A DNA stretch of 64,000 nt from NCBI GenBank assembly GCA_965217035.1, contig OZ244226.1, forward strand, positions 1,284,146-1,348,145, read 5' to 3'. The DNA comes from Bacteriovoracaceae bacterium (GTDB lineage Bacteria > Bdellovibrionota > Bacteriovoracia > Bacteriovoracales > Bacteriovoracaceae). The notes beneath the pieces were generated by a model, which was not told where the DNA came from, made no database searches, and saw only the letters and a program-made list of their open reading frames with translations. A program made the position numbers and the translations under genes. Numbering within the stretch: position 1 is the first letter of the stretch; every line of letters starts with the position of its first letter. Shown here piece by piece: positions 19,701-29,512 of the stretch.

Positions 19701-20489
19701 CTACACCTTAAAGACTACATTGGTTAAGTACAAGCCTTCTGGACCAACCACTTTCCCCGCTCGTTTCTCTTCTTCTGCGTTAAGGATAGAAGCAAATTCA
19801 TCGATAGTAATTTTTCCACGTCCTACATTGAGCATCCCACCCATTAAAAGTCGAACCATTTGCTTCAAAAAACCGTTTCCTTCAACTGAATAAACCCATA
19901 CATCTTTCAGGTTATAGCCGAAAGCATTTTCCGAATCCGAGAGTTTTTTGATCTCTGAGCAATATATTTCCCGTATAGTCGTTGCCACTTCAGTTCCCTT
20001 ACACTGAAAGTTTATGAAATCATGCTCTCCTAAGATCTTGCTCGCTACTAATTCCATAGAGATCAGATCTAACTCATATGGTGTGAAGTGGATAAGATCT
20101 CTAAACATCACTGGAATACTCTCTCTATTATCAGTAAAAAGATATTGATAAGTTTTTCTTTCGCAATCAAAAATAGGATGAAAACCAGAAGAGCATTCGC
20201 TAACAGATTTTAAAAAAATATCATCGGGTAAAAGATCGTTAAGTGCTTTTTTTATTGAATCAGCTTCAATGTTTAAACCAATATCAAGTTTACAATATTG
20301 ATTGAGAGCATGGACTCCTCTATCAGTTCGACTAGCTCCTAACGTTTTAAAGTTTTTGACCTTAAAAGCTTTCACTATGGCCTTTTCAAGCTCTCCTTGG
20401 ACTGTAGGAGTTTGAGATTTATTTTGGATTTGCCAGCCAAAATAACGAGTGCCTTTATATTGAATATTAAGAAGAAAACTCTTCATCAT
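19701..20489 (-). CDS. truA: tRNA pseudouridine(38-40) synthase
   Basis: GWQIQ, ASRTDRGVHA, GFLKQMVR, GLYL; start placed at ATG 20489. Confidence 0.95.
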   Translation of the reverse strand: MMKSFLLNIQYKGTRYFGWQIQNKSQTPTVQGELEKAIVKAFKVKNFKTLGASRTDRGVHALNQYCKLDIGLNIEADSIKKALNDLLPDDIFLKSVSECSSGFHPIFDCERKTYQYLFTDNRESIPVMFRDLIHFTPYELDLISMELVASKILGEHDFINFQCKGTEVATTIREIYCSEIKKLSDSENAFGYNLKDVWVYSVEGNGFLKQMVRLLMGGMLNVGRGKITIDEFASILNAEEEKRAGKVVGPEGLYLTNVVFKV

Positions 20490-21216
20490 CGAGATCAATA
20501 ATTCCTTGCTTGAATTTTTTACGATTCGCAAGGAAAGCGAGGATAGAACCAATAACATACAAATTCATAAGACCAAATAACATAACTTCTTCGTATACCA
20601 AAATTGAGGCTGCTACTAAAAGAATAAGTATAAAGACTTTTTTCTTATGCTTACTAATCCATGAAGTCTTTTTTAGTGAAAAGAAAGGCAAGGTTGAAAT
20701 CATTAAGATGGCATAAAAGCCAATATAGAGCATACATAAAATTCTATTTTGTAATAATTGAGTTTCAAGTGAAAAAAGAATAAAACTAATAAGCGCCAAC
20801 GCCGCACCAGGAATAGGAAGCCCTTGAAAATAATCAGAAGAAACTTTATCTAAATTAACATTAAACCGCGCTAAGCGAAGAGCACCACAAAGAAGATAAA
20901 TAAAAGCAAGAATAATCCCTGCTCTTCCTGATTCAGATAAAAAACGAATATAAAAAATTAATGCCGGTGCAAGCCCAAATGAAATCAAATCGCTTAGAGA
21001 GTCAAACTGTTCACCAAAAGCTGACTGAGTTCCTGTCCATCTCGCAACCTTACCATCAAAAAGATCAAAGATTGCACCGATACCAATAGCTAAACATGCC
21101 TGATAAAATTGGCCTTTGAAAGCAAAAATAATTGCAAAAAAACCACATCCAATATTAAGAGCGGTAAATAGATTGGGTAAGATAAAATGTATCGCTTTAG
21201 GATCGTTTTTATCCAT
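20467..21216 (-). CDS. pssA: CDP-diacylglycerol--serine O-phosphatidyltransferase
   Basis: LPNLFT, DLFDGKVAR...FGEQFDSLSD, RLARFN, FQGLPIP. Confidence 0.93.
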   Translation of the reverse strand: MDKNDPKAIHFILPNLFTALNIGCGFFAIIFAFKGQFYQACLAIGIGAIFDLFDGKVARWTGTQSAFGEQFDSLSDLISFGLAPALIFYIRFLSESGRAGIILAFIYLLCGALRLARFNVNLDKVSSDYFQGLPIPGAALALISFILFSLETQLLQNRILCMLYIGFYAILMISTLPFFSLKKTSWISKHKKKVFILILLVAASILVYEEVMLFGLMNLYVIGSILAFLANRKKFKQGIIDLDDEEFSS

Positions 21217-21223
21217 ATATAAT

Positions 21224-21847
21224 CTATAACTTAGCTATCAAAGTCTTAACAGCTTTTATTTTCATATTCTCTTCAATTAAAAGTTTAAAATCACCTGGAA
21301 GGACTAGTTTGAGCAAACCACCACCAAAGAAAACCCCAATAGAGGCTCCAGAAACCCCTATATCTCCTGTATCAACATTAAGAGTGAGTTGACTAAATAA
21401 ATTTCTATTCCAAAACTCGACAGAGTAATAAAACCGATGGGACTCAAATTCTAGGACAGTAGAACTTGTTTTCTCAAGAGATTTTTCTTTTTTTCTGCTT
21501 ATTAGAGGAAGATACTCTCGCTCTCTTGGTTTTCTCATAAAGTTAAGAACACGTGATTTAACAGGAAGATAAAAACCCCACCCCGAGAAAATTCCCACTT
21601 TAATAAGCACTTCTATCTGATCGCCTTCCTTAATTTTAAGAATTTTTCCAGAAATAGGTGAAAGGAATATTTTTTCAGACCATTGCTCTAAACTTGCTCG
21701 AAGAAAATTTTTCTTTCTAAGAATAAAAAGAACAATAAAAAGGAAAAGGAGAAGCAATAAACCCAATGGTGGAAAAACCCAAGTAATAAGACCTATTATT
21801 ATAAGTATGAGAAAAATTTTAGAATATGAAATTAAGAAAAATTTCAC
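21224..21847 (-). CDS. Phosphatidylserine-decarboxylase-like protein, catalytic motif degenerate
   Basis: N-terminal TMs, LSPISGKI, position next to pssA; FGS cleavage motif reads FGG. Confidence 0.65.
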   Translation of the reverse strand: MKFFLISYSKIFLILIIIGLITWVFPPLGLLLLLFLFIVLFILRKKNFLRASLEQWSEKIFLSPISGKILKIKEGDQIEVLIKVGIFSGWGFYLPVKSRVLNFMRKPREREYLPLISRKKEKSLEKTSSTVLEFESHRFYYSVEFWNRNLFSQLTLNVDTGDIGVSGASIGVFFGGGLLKLVLPGDFKLLIEENMKIKAVKTLIAKL

Positions 21848-22392
21848 TTCTTAAACTCCTCTGATAATGGTCTGAAATAATAAATTTTCTTAGATTCATT
21901 ATTTTTAATATAGGGGAATATTTTTTTCGACTCTTTTTTTATAAGATCGAGAATCGATTTATAGTTGAATCTTTCATCAAGCTTTTCACCATAATAATCT
22001 AAAGATTCATCTATCTCTTCTAGATTATAGAGTATGTTTTCTTTATTGCTCAAAAGATATTGACCTTTAAAAGCAGAATACAAAAAAGAATTTTTTAAAC
22101 CTAAAATCTCTCTTAATTCAAAAGAATAGAAATCATGGCATTTAATTTTTTCAAATTTTAAATATTGTTCTAAACCTTCAATTAATCTCAAGCCAGTATA
22201 AGAACCTGGCCCTTTGCAAAAGAAAAAACGATCAATCTTGTCCCAAGATTCGTTACCTATAATTTGATTAATTGATTGATGTAGAGTAATAGAAGGTAAC
22301 TGATCAGTTGTTTCAAATTTTATCCAATTCCAAGACTCATCAAGGAGACCCACTGTAAGAGAATGGCTTGCATCTATAAATATATTTTTCAA
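21844..22392 (-). CDS. tsaB: tRNA threonylcarbamoyladenosine biosynthesis protein TsaB
   Basis: FIDAS, GPGSYTGLR; TTG start. Confidence 0.85.
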   Translation of the reverse strand: MKNIFIDASHSLTVGLLDESWNWIKFETTDQLPSITLHQSINQIIGNESWDKIDRFFFCKGPGSYTGLRLIEGLEQYLKFEKIKCHDFYSFELREILGLKNSFLYSAFKGQYLLSNKENILYNLEEIDESLDYYGEKLDERFNYKSILDLIKKESKKIFPYIKNNESKKIYYFRPLSEEFKK

Positions 22393-22401
22393 AAAGGTTA
22401 C

Positions 22402-23919
22402 CTATATAAAAATTCTCGTAAAATCATTATATAAAGCAAACATAATCAGTAGTAGCAAAAGTGACAAGCCAAACTGCTGTGCCATTTCCATCTTTCTGCG
22501 AGAAAGAGGACCTCTGTTAAAGAGCTCAACGATTAAAAAGAGAATATGCCCTCCATCAAGCACAGGAATAGGAAATAGATTAATAATCCCAAGGTTTATA
22601 GACATGATCGCCATCAATCGGAAAAAATAAAATAACCCCTTATCAAAAGAATCTGTCGCGACTTTAGCAATTGTAATCGGACCACCGATTTGGCTAACAG
22701 AAGAACTAGAAAAGAAAATCTTCTTAAACCCATCAAAGGTTTGAAGCATTTTCAATTCAGTACGCCTATAGCCTAAAACTAACGACCTAAAGAGAGGTTT
22801 CCCATCAATAAACTTTTTAGGCGTCTGGTGAAGCATTACAGAACTTTCGATTCCAACACTATAAAAATTAGTACCACCCATATTTTTCTCTTCAGCACTA
22901 ATCTTTACATTAAAAGGATTACCATTTCTGATGATTGAATATTCAGTCTCCGCAGTTTTCTGAGCTTGGATATAATTTCTAAGGATTGAAAAACGAAAAA
23001 ACTTTTCATTACCGGAAGCAATAAAAATATCATTATCTTGTAAACCTGCTCTTTCTGCAGCTGATCCACTGATTACATTTTTGACCTTCAAACCAAGATT
23101 ATAATAGCCTCGACTCCACAAGAACTCTTCTAAACCCATTTCTCCAGGTTTATAACTATTAATGAGTTCCTTTTTTTCATTAAATAAAAAAATTGTTTCT
23201 GGCCTTCTTTCTATTAATTCCTGTAAAGAAGTTAATTTCTGAGGCAATGGGTTTTCATCATAAATATAAACTTGTTCATTCTTTTTCGAAATAAAAATAG
23301 GCTCTTCAAGACTCTGAGTATTAATATAATACTCTCTAAGGAAGTCCTCTCCATTAATATCTGCAATTATTTCGATATTTTTTCCATTTCTTTCAACTAC
23401 AAAAATATTTTTAATATCATTCATCGATGCAAAATCTTCTTGAGTATAGAGATCTTCACCATTAATTTTTAAAAGCGTATCACCTGTTTGAAATCCAAAC
23501 TTTGCTATCTTTGAATCAGGATTAACTTGTCCCATTTTGAAAATAGAAACAGTTTCTCCGTTCCAAATCATAAAAGCATAAATGGTAAAAGCCATAATAA
23601 AGTTTGCAAGCGGACCACCAAAAACAATCCAAAAACGGGCCCATTTCGATTTATGATTAAAGGCAAATTCTCTTTCTGATTCTTCAATCTCATCTTTTCT
23701 AAGGGGGTCGTCTCCAAACATTTTTACAAAACCACCCAGTGGAATCAAAGAAAAACGATACTCAGTGTCCCCTCTTTTAAAACTAGCAAGTTTCTTTCCA
23801 AACCCAATGGAGAAGATTTCAACTCTTACTCCAAAAAGACGAGCGAATAGAAAATGGCCTAGTTCATGAAAAAAAACGAGAGGGCTGAGGAAAACAAGAA
23901 ATATCAATAGTGTATACAT
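22402..23919 (-). CDS. rseP: RIP metalloprotease RseP
   Basis: HELGH, FSIGFG, GGPLAN, two PDZ-like regions, NLFPIPVLDGGH. Confidence 0.96.
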   Translation of the reverse strand: MYTLLIFLVFLSPLVFFHELGHFLFARLFGVRVEIFSIGFGKKLASFKRGDTEYRFSLIPLGGFVKMFGDDPLRKDEIEESEREFAFNHKSKWARFWIVFGGPLANFIMAFTIYAFMIWNGETVSIFKMGQVNPDSKIAKFGFQTGDTLLKINGEDLYTQEDFASMNDIKNIFVVERNGKNIEIIADINGEDFLREYYINTQSLEEPIFISKKNEQVYIYDENPLPQKLTSLQELIERRPETIFLFNEKKELINSYKPGEMGLEEFLWSRGYYNLGLKVKNVISGSAAERAGLQDNDIFIASGNEKFFRFSILRNYIQAQKTAETEYSIIRNGNPFNVKISAEEKNMGGTNFYSVGIESSVMLHQTPKKFIDGKPLFRSLVLGYRRTELKMLQTFDGFKKIFFSSSSVSQIGGPITIAKVATDSFDKGLFYFFRLMAIMSINLGIINLFPIPVLDGGHILFLIVELFNRGPLSRRKMEMAQQFGLSLLLLLIMFALYNDFTRIFI

Positions 23920-23995
23920 TACTTTCTATTTTATTATTCTTCTCTAGAAAGATAAAGAGTGTGAAAATCCGATCTGGGGTAATTATTCGATTAAT

Positions 23996-24817
23996 TTAGG
24001 CAACTAAAGAAACAAATAAACAATAAAAAGGTGCTACAAATAAAACACTGTCAGAGCGATCATAAACGCCTCCATGGCCTGGAATCAATGATGAACTGTC
24101 TTTAAGAGAAAAACGCCTTTTAAGCTTAGACTGCACGAGATCGCCAATAATCGTTAGAATTGTCAAAACAACAAATATTGGTATTAGGTGCCAACTTGCT
24201 TTTCCTACAAATATCCCCCAGTAAAGGAATAGTAATAAAGGTGCAGATATTAATGAACCTAAAGCTCCTTCAATTGTTTTTTTAGGCGAAATAGCTGGCC
24301 ATAATTTTCTTTTTCCAAAGTTTTTGCCTATAAGCCATCCCATTGTGTCAGTGCAACCCACTAACAGAATAAGACCAATAAAAATAGGAATCCATTGAGT
24401 ATTACTCATAGAATAAACAACAGAATGAACTGGTAGAAAAACAAAAAAGCTTGTTAGGAATCTGACTTCTCTTAAAGAACGAAAGAGATTTAACGTGTGA
24501 TTTCGAGCATTGAATAAGAAGAAAAGAAGATAAACATTTTGGATGAGATTTAAAAAGAGAAGAAGCTTAGAAAAGTTTTGGTCTTCTATCGCAAAAAATA
24601 AAGCAATAAGTATTCCGTAAAGAGTAAAAGAAAACATATACTCATTCGACTTTCTTTCAAACTTTAAGAAATTTGCTAAAATTTCATCTGTAATTAAAAC
24701 TCCCCAGAACCCAAAAGCAAACAGTTGAGTTACCTGGCGTCCCAAGAAAAGTACACCAATAAGAATACCTACAATCACTAAAGCTGAAATAATTCTTTTA
24801 CTTGTATTAGAGCTCAA
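23996..24817 (-). CDS. cdsA: Phosphatidate cytidylyltransferase
   Basis: ISPKKTIEG, GDLVQSKLKR, KDSSSLIPGHGGVYDR. Confidence 0.95.
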   Translation of the reverse strand: MSSNTSKRIISALVIVGILIGVLFLGRQVTQLFAFGFWGVLITDEILANFLKFERKSNEYMFSFTLYGILIALFFAIEDQNFSKLLLFLNLIQNVYLLFFLFNARNHTLNLFRSLREVRFLTSFFVFLPVHSVVYSMSNTQWIPIFIGLILLVGCTDTMGWLIGKNFGKRKLWPAISPKKTIEGALGSLISAPLLLFLYWGIFVGKASWHLIPIFVVLTILTIIGDLVQSKLKRRFSLKDSSSLIPGHGGVYDRSDSVLFVAPFYCLFVSLVA

Positions 24818-25580
24818 GTGACTTAACCTCTTCTTTAAAATCTGTTGATTGTTCTAAAGCGATATCTTTTTGTTTTTTGTAAATTAAATCTTTTCCAACT
24901 CCGCCAAAACGTCTTTCTCTTTCCGATACCTCTTCCAAAATTTCTTGAAACTCATTCTCACTGAAATCTGGCCATGCTGATTTCGTAAAATAAAGTTCTG
25001 AGTATGCTGATTGCCAAAGAAGAAAGTTTGAAATTCTTTGATCACCACCAGTTCTAATAATAAGATCAACATCTGAAAATTTACTCTCATACAACTCTGA
25101 CTCAAGTGATTCAAGGTCGATCGCTTTTCCAGGATTTTTTTCTATAAAACGATTTGTAGCGTCGATAATCTCTTGTCGACCGCCATAACCAAATGCAAAG
25201 TTCAATTTCAAACCCTCTGCATCCTTTGTAAGCTCTTTCAGTTCCCCTATTTTTCTCAGGGTAGATTCAGGAAGAAAATTATAATTTCCCAAAACATTAA
25301 ACTTAATATTATTTTTAAGGATTTTTACTCTTTCTCTATCAAGAAATTTATCAAGTAATTTAAAGAGAAAATAGATCTCATCTTTTGCTCGAGACCAATT
25401 TTCGGTGCTAAACGCATAAAGGGTTAAAGAATTCAAACTGAGACCACTTGCTCTTTCCGCAATATTAGAAACAACATGTGCGCCACGGATATGCCCCCAA
25501 ACTCTTGGCCTTCTTCTACTCTTGGCCCATCTTCCATTACCATCCATGATAATGGCTACGTCTTTCAGCATTTCTTTCAT
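24807..25580 (-). CDS. uppS: Undecaprenyl diphosphate synthase
   Basis: IIMDGNGRWA, YAFSTENW, IRTGGDQRISNFLLWQ. Confidence 0.97.
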   Translation of the reverse strand: MKEMLKDVAIIMDGNGRWAKSRRRPRVWGHIRGAHVVSNIAERASGLSLNSLTLYAFSTENWSRAKDEIYFLFKLLDKFLDRERVKILKNNIKFNVLGNYNFLPESTLRKIGELKELTKDAEGLKLNFAFGYGGRQEIIDATNRFIEKNPGKAIDLESLESELYESKFSDVDLIIRTGGDQRISNFLLWQSAYSELYFTKSAWPDFSENEFQEILEEVSERERRFGGVGKDLIYKKQKDIALEQSTDFKEEVKSLEL

Positions 25581-26137
25581 TAAATAGTCATTAACTCTTT
25601 TTCTTTAGAGGCGATCATATCATCAACTTTCGCAACGTAAGAATCTGTAACTTTTTGAATTTCACCTTGAAACTTCTTAGAATCATCTTCTGAAATTTCT
25701 TTCGATTTTTCAGACTTTTTCACAACATCGTTTTGCTCTCTTCTGAAGTTACGAATGGCAATTTTTGTATCTTCCCCATGCTTCTTAACAGTTTTAACAA
25801 GATCCTTCCTCTTCTCTTCCGTTAAAACAGGGAAGGTAATTCTAATAAGGTTTCCGTCATTAGCAGGAGTAAGACCTAAGTTAGAGTTGATAATTGCTTT
25901 TTCGATTTCTCCAATTAATCCCTTATCGAATGGTTGAATTTGAAGCAAGCGGGCCTCAGGAGTACTCATTTGACCGACCTGGGCAATAGGAGTTGCTGTT
26001 CCGTAATAATCAACAGTTACACCATCAAGTACGCTTGGGTTTGCTCGACCGGTTCTTACTTTTGTTAACTGACTACTCAAAGACTTAAGTGCCTTTTCCA
26101 TTGATTCATTTAAGGTAATTTTGATTTCATCAATCAT
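25580..26137 (-). CDS. frr: Ribosome recycling factor
   Basis: RTGRANP, VDYYG, LTEEKRK. Confidence 0.97.
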   Translation of the reverse strand: MIDEIKITLNESMEKALKSLSSQLTKVRTGRANPSVLDGVTVDYYGTATPIAQVGQMSTPEARLLQIQPFDKGLIGEIEKAIINSNLGLTPANDGNLIRITFPVLTEEKRKDLVKTVKKHGEDTKIAIRNFRREQNDVVKKSEKSKEISEDDSKKFQGEIQKVTDSYVAKVDDMIASKEKELMTI

Positions 26138-26146
26138 TGATATCTC

Positions 26147-26854
26147 CTATAATTTAACTTTAGTTCCAATTTTTTCACCCTTAAGGACTTTTAGTATATT
26201 ACCATCCTGAAAAAGATTGAAGACGATAATCTCCATCTTATTATCCATGCAAAGGGTAACAGCAGTGGTATCCATGACTTTTATTGATTTATTAATAACA
26301 TCTAAGTAGCTGAGCTCATCGTACATAACAGCGTCTTTATGCTCCATTGGATCTTTATCATAGATCCCATTAACTTTAGTCGCTTTTAAAATGACATCTG
26401 CATTAATTTCATTAGCCCTCAAAGCTGCTGTTGTATCTGTCGTAAAATATGGATTACCTGTTCCCGCTCCAAAAATAACGACACGTTTTTTCTCTAAATG
26501 TCTGACGGCCCTTCTTCGAATATAAGGCTCTGCAACTTCTCTCATATCGATTGCAGACATCACTCGTGTATAAACATTTCTTCTCTCAAGAGAATCTGAA
26601 ATAGCTAAAGCATTTAGAACCGTTGCAACCATTCCCATATAATCAGATGTTGCTCGGTCCATACCACCTAGAGCTCCGGCAACTCCTCTATGAATGTTTC
26701 CTGCCCCAACAACAATAGCAATTTCAAAACCTTGTTCGTGAATTTCGGCAATCTGCTCTGTAACTTTCTCAAGAGTTTCACCATGGATCCCATGTCCTTG
26801 GCTTCCAGCCAAAGCTTCTCCAGAAATTTTTAATAAGACTCTTTTATATGACAT
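26147..26854 (-). CDS. pyrH: UMP kinase
   Basis: [25 protein letters not shown]. Confidence 0.97.
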   Translation of the reverse strand: MSYKRVLLKISGEALAGSQGHGIHGETLEKVTEQIAEIHEQGFEIAIVVGAGNIHRGVAGALGGMDRATSDYMGMVATVLNALAISDSLERRNVYTRVMSAIDMREVAEPYIRRRAVRHLEKKRVVIFGAGTGNPYFTTDTTAALRANEINADVILKATKVNGIYDKDPMEHKDAVMYDELSYLDVINKSIKVMDTTAVTLCMDNKMEIIVFNLFQDGNILKVLKGEKIGTKVKL

Positions 26855-26865
26855 AGACTTCCTAT

Positions 26866-26899
26866 AAAAAAAGAGGACACGCTTAAAGGTGTCCTCTTT
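26866..26899 (-). terminator. Intrinsic terminator after tsf
   Basis: AAAGAGGACAC / GTGTCCTCTTT stem, 8-nt loop, U tract on the minus strand. Confidence 0.8.
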
Positions 26900-26928
26900 A
26901 AGTTATTTAAAACTTTGAAGAACCTTTC

Positions 26929-27855
26929 TTAATTACCACCAGTCATCTTAGCAACTTCTTCCGCTAAATTGTCTTCTTTCTTCTCGATTCCCTCACCAAG
27001 AGTGAATTTTGTGAATTTTTTAACAGTAATTGTTCCACCTACTTCGCTAGCAACTCCTGAAAGAAATTTTTCAACAGTAAGATCTGGGTCCTTAACAAAC
27101 TTTTGGTTAAGGAGACAAACTTCGCTGGCTAACTTATTAAGCTTTCCTTTTACAATGTTTGGAATCATATCTTCAGGTTTACCTTGCTCTCTTAACTGAG
27201 CGGCATAAACTTCAGCTTCTCTATTTTTGAATTCTTCATCCATTTCATCAGCTCTAATGAACTGAGTATCAGAAGCAGCAACATGCATACAAATATCTTT
27301 TACTGCATTATTGAATGAATCGTTCGAAGTAAGGTCTTTATCAGTTTCAACTTCAACTAAAACACCAATTTTCCCTGTATGAACATAAGAACCAACCGCA
27401 CCAGTCCCCGCAACATTAGTAGTGTGAAGTCTTCTAAAAGCAATTTTCTCACCGATTTTTAGGGTAAGGTTATTGATCTCGTCTTCAACAGTTCCTTCAG
27501 GGCCATAAGTTGTTTTAAGAAGATCATCTCCAGTAGTAATTCCATTCTCTGCAACAAGCTTAGAAAGATTGAATACGAATTCTTTGAAGGCATCGTTTTT
27601 AGCAACAAAATCAGTCTCACAGTTAACTTCAACAAGTGTTCCCGTTTGTCCATTTGTTGTCAGAAATGTACCGATAAGACCATCGGCTGCAATTCTTCCT
27701 TGTTTTTTGGCTGCTTTCGCAAGACCTTTTGCTCTAAGGTAATCAATAGCGGCTTCTTTATCACCGTTATTCTCAGAAAGTGCCTTTTTACAATCCATCA
27801 TCCCGGCACCAGTCAATTCTCTTAATTCTTTTACATCACTAGCTGAAATGCTCAT
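26929..27855 (-). CDS. tsf: Elongation factor Ts
   Basis: LRELTGAGMMDCKKAL, EVNCETDFVA. Confidence 0.98.
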   Translation of the reverse strand: MSISASDVKELRELTGAGMMDCKKALSENNGDKEAAIDYLRAKGLAKAAKKQGRIAADGLIGTFLTTNGQTGTLVEVNCETDFVAKNDAFKEFVFNLSKLVAENGITTGDDLLKTTYGPEGTVEDEINNLTLKIGEKIAFRRLHTTNVAGTGAVGSYVHTGKIGVLVEVETDKDLTSNDSFNNAVKDICMHVAASDTQFIRADEMDEEFKNREAEVYAAQLREQGKPEDMIPNIVKGKLNKLASEVCLLNQKFVKDPDLTVEKFLSGVASEVGGTITVKKFTKFTLGEGIEKKEDNLAEEVAKMTGGN

Positions 27856-27874
27856 TTTTTACCTCAAATATGAA

Positions 27875-28696
27875 TTAGTTTTCTTCAGTTGTTTCTTGTT
27901 CTGCTGGTTCAGCAAATTCTTCTTTAAGTTCGATATCTTTTTCGTACTTTTCAAGAATTTCTTTCTCTAGAGAAATATCTTTCTCTACTTTTGTATCAGC
28001 TTTCTTCGTTGCTTTGCTTGAACCTTCAGAAACAGCAGCTCCAAAGTATTCAGTGAAAAGAGTAATTGATTTAATGGCATCGTCGTTACCAGGAACGACG
28101 TAATCAACACCGTCTGGGTCACAGTTAGTATCAGTGATTGCAACAACAGGAATATTAAGGCAGTTTGCTTCGTTTACAGCAATTCTCTCAGCATTTGGAT
28201 CAACGACAAAGATTGCTCCAGGAAGCTTTCTCATGTTCTTGATTCCACCAAGGTTTCTTTCAAGCTTTTCAACCTCTTTATTAATTTTCCCTTGCTCTTT
28301 TTTAGTAAGAAGAACGAAATCACCATTCTCTTTCATCTTCTCTACTTTTCTAAGCTTATCGATTGAAAGGGCAATTGTTTTGTAGTTTGTAAGCATCCCA
28401 CCAAGCCATCTATTAGAAACATAAAATGCTCCACAGTCTTCAGCAACATCTTTGATAACTTTAGAAGCTTGCCTTTTTGTTCCAACAAAAAGAACAGACT
28501 TCCCACTTTGTGAAACTTTTTTAATGAATTCATAAGCTTTGCTCGCAAGATCAACAGATTGTGCAATGTCGATGATGTAGATCCCGTTTTTTTCTCCGTA
28601 AACATACGGCTTCATTTTTGGGTTCCATTTTGCGGCTTGGTGTCCGAAGTGAGCTCCGGCTTTTAACATCGTTTTGAGTTCGAGTTTTTTCGACAT
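27875..28696 (-). CDS. rpsB: 30S ribosomal protein S2
   Basis: AGAHFGH, WNPKM, FVGTK, RWLGGMLTN, PGNDDAI. Confidence 0.98.
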   Translation of the reverse strand: MSKKLELKTMLKAGAHFGHQAAKWNPKMKPYVYGEKNGIYIIDIAQSVDLASKAYEFIKKVSQSGKSVLFVGTKRQASKVIKDVAEDCGAFYVSNRWLGGMLTNYKTIALSIDKLRKVEKMKENGDFVLLTKKEQGKINKEVEKLERNLGGIKNMRKLPGAIFVVDPNAERIAVNEANCLNIPVVAITDTNCDPDGVDYVVPGNDDAIKSITLFTEYFGAAVSEGSSKATKKADTKVEKDISLEKEILEKYEKDIELKEEFAEPAEQETTEEN

Positions 28697-28836
28697 GAAT
28701 TTCTCCTTGGTCGTTGTTTCTAATCGTCCCAGGCTAAGAAAACTATTTTCTCAGACGAACCAAATTACAGGACGAATATTTTCGTAAAAGCTTGATATCA
28801 CGAGGAATATAAGGCGGCAAGAGAAGGGTTCCTTTA

Positions 28837-28851
28837 ATAGTTGGTAGCTAT
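28837..28851. promoter_or_regulatory. OxyR-like (LysR-type) binding half-site upstream of dps
   Basis: ATAG-ttggtag-CTAT matches ATAGntnnnanCTAT. Confidence 0.5.
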
Positions 28852-28926
28852 CACCCTATATAATCAATATATTTATATTAATTACAAAAATAACCTATAT
28901 TACTAACAACAAAAGGGGTGACATAA

Positions 28927-29037
28927 ATGATAACAAAAATAAAAAACTTTATATTTCAACTACTTAAGAAACAATCTGTTGTTAATATTTCAGCTAGACG
29001 ATACAACGAAGCCTACATAAGCTCATTAGCAAGATAA
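28927..29037 (+). CDS. Putative 36-aa small protein upstream of dps
   Basis: AGGGGTG SD, ATG, MITKIKNFIFQLLKKQSVVNISARRYNEAYISSLAR*; ends just before the dps SD; below the ORF-track cutoff. Confidence 0.45.
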   Translation: MITKIKNFIFQLLKKQSVVNISARRYNEAYISSLAR

Positions 29038-29051
29038 ACAAGGAGAAAACC

Positions 29052-29483
29052 ATGACTAAAACAATTGAAAAACTCAACTACCTGGTGGCTGATGCCCAAG
29101 TTCTTTACACAAAGCTTCACAATTTTCACTGGAACGTGAAAGGACCTCACTTCTATCAAATCCACACCAAAACAGAGGAATTCTACAATCATTTCGCTAC
29201 TCTCTATGATGACCTCGCAGAAAGAGTCATCCAACTTGGGGGAACTCCTTACGTCACTCTTAAAGAAATTCTAGAAAATACAAGGATTGAAGAATATCCA
29301 AGTACTAAATTTACAACAGCTGAACTTTTTCAATCTTTAAAAGAAGACTTTAAATTCTTGCTCAGTGAATTTCGAAATCTTGGAGAAATCGTTGATGGCG
29401 ATGCAGCCAGTACAGCTCTCGTCGATGAACAGATTACTTTTTTAGAAAAAGAAATTTGGATGCTAGAAGCTTCTGCTAACTAA
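29052..29483 (+). CDS. dps: DNA protection during starvation protein
   Basis: HNFHWNVKGPHFYQIH, DDLAER, EKEIWML. Confidence 0.96.
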   Translation: MTKTIEKLNYLVADAQVLYTKLHNFHWNVKGPHFYQIHTKTEEFYNHFATLYDDLAERVIQLGGTPYVTLKEILENTRIEEYPSTKFTTAELFQSLKEDFKFLLSEFRNLGEIVDGDAASTALVDEQITFLEKEIWMLEASAN

Positions 29484-29510
29484 AAAAGGGTCCGAAAGGA
29501 CCCCTTTTTT
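29482..29510. terminator. Bidirectional intrinsic terminator
   Basis: A6-GGGTCC-GAAA-GGACCC-C-T6 between convergent genes. Confidence 0.9.
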
Positions 29511-29512
29511 AT

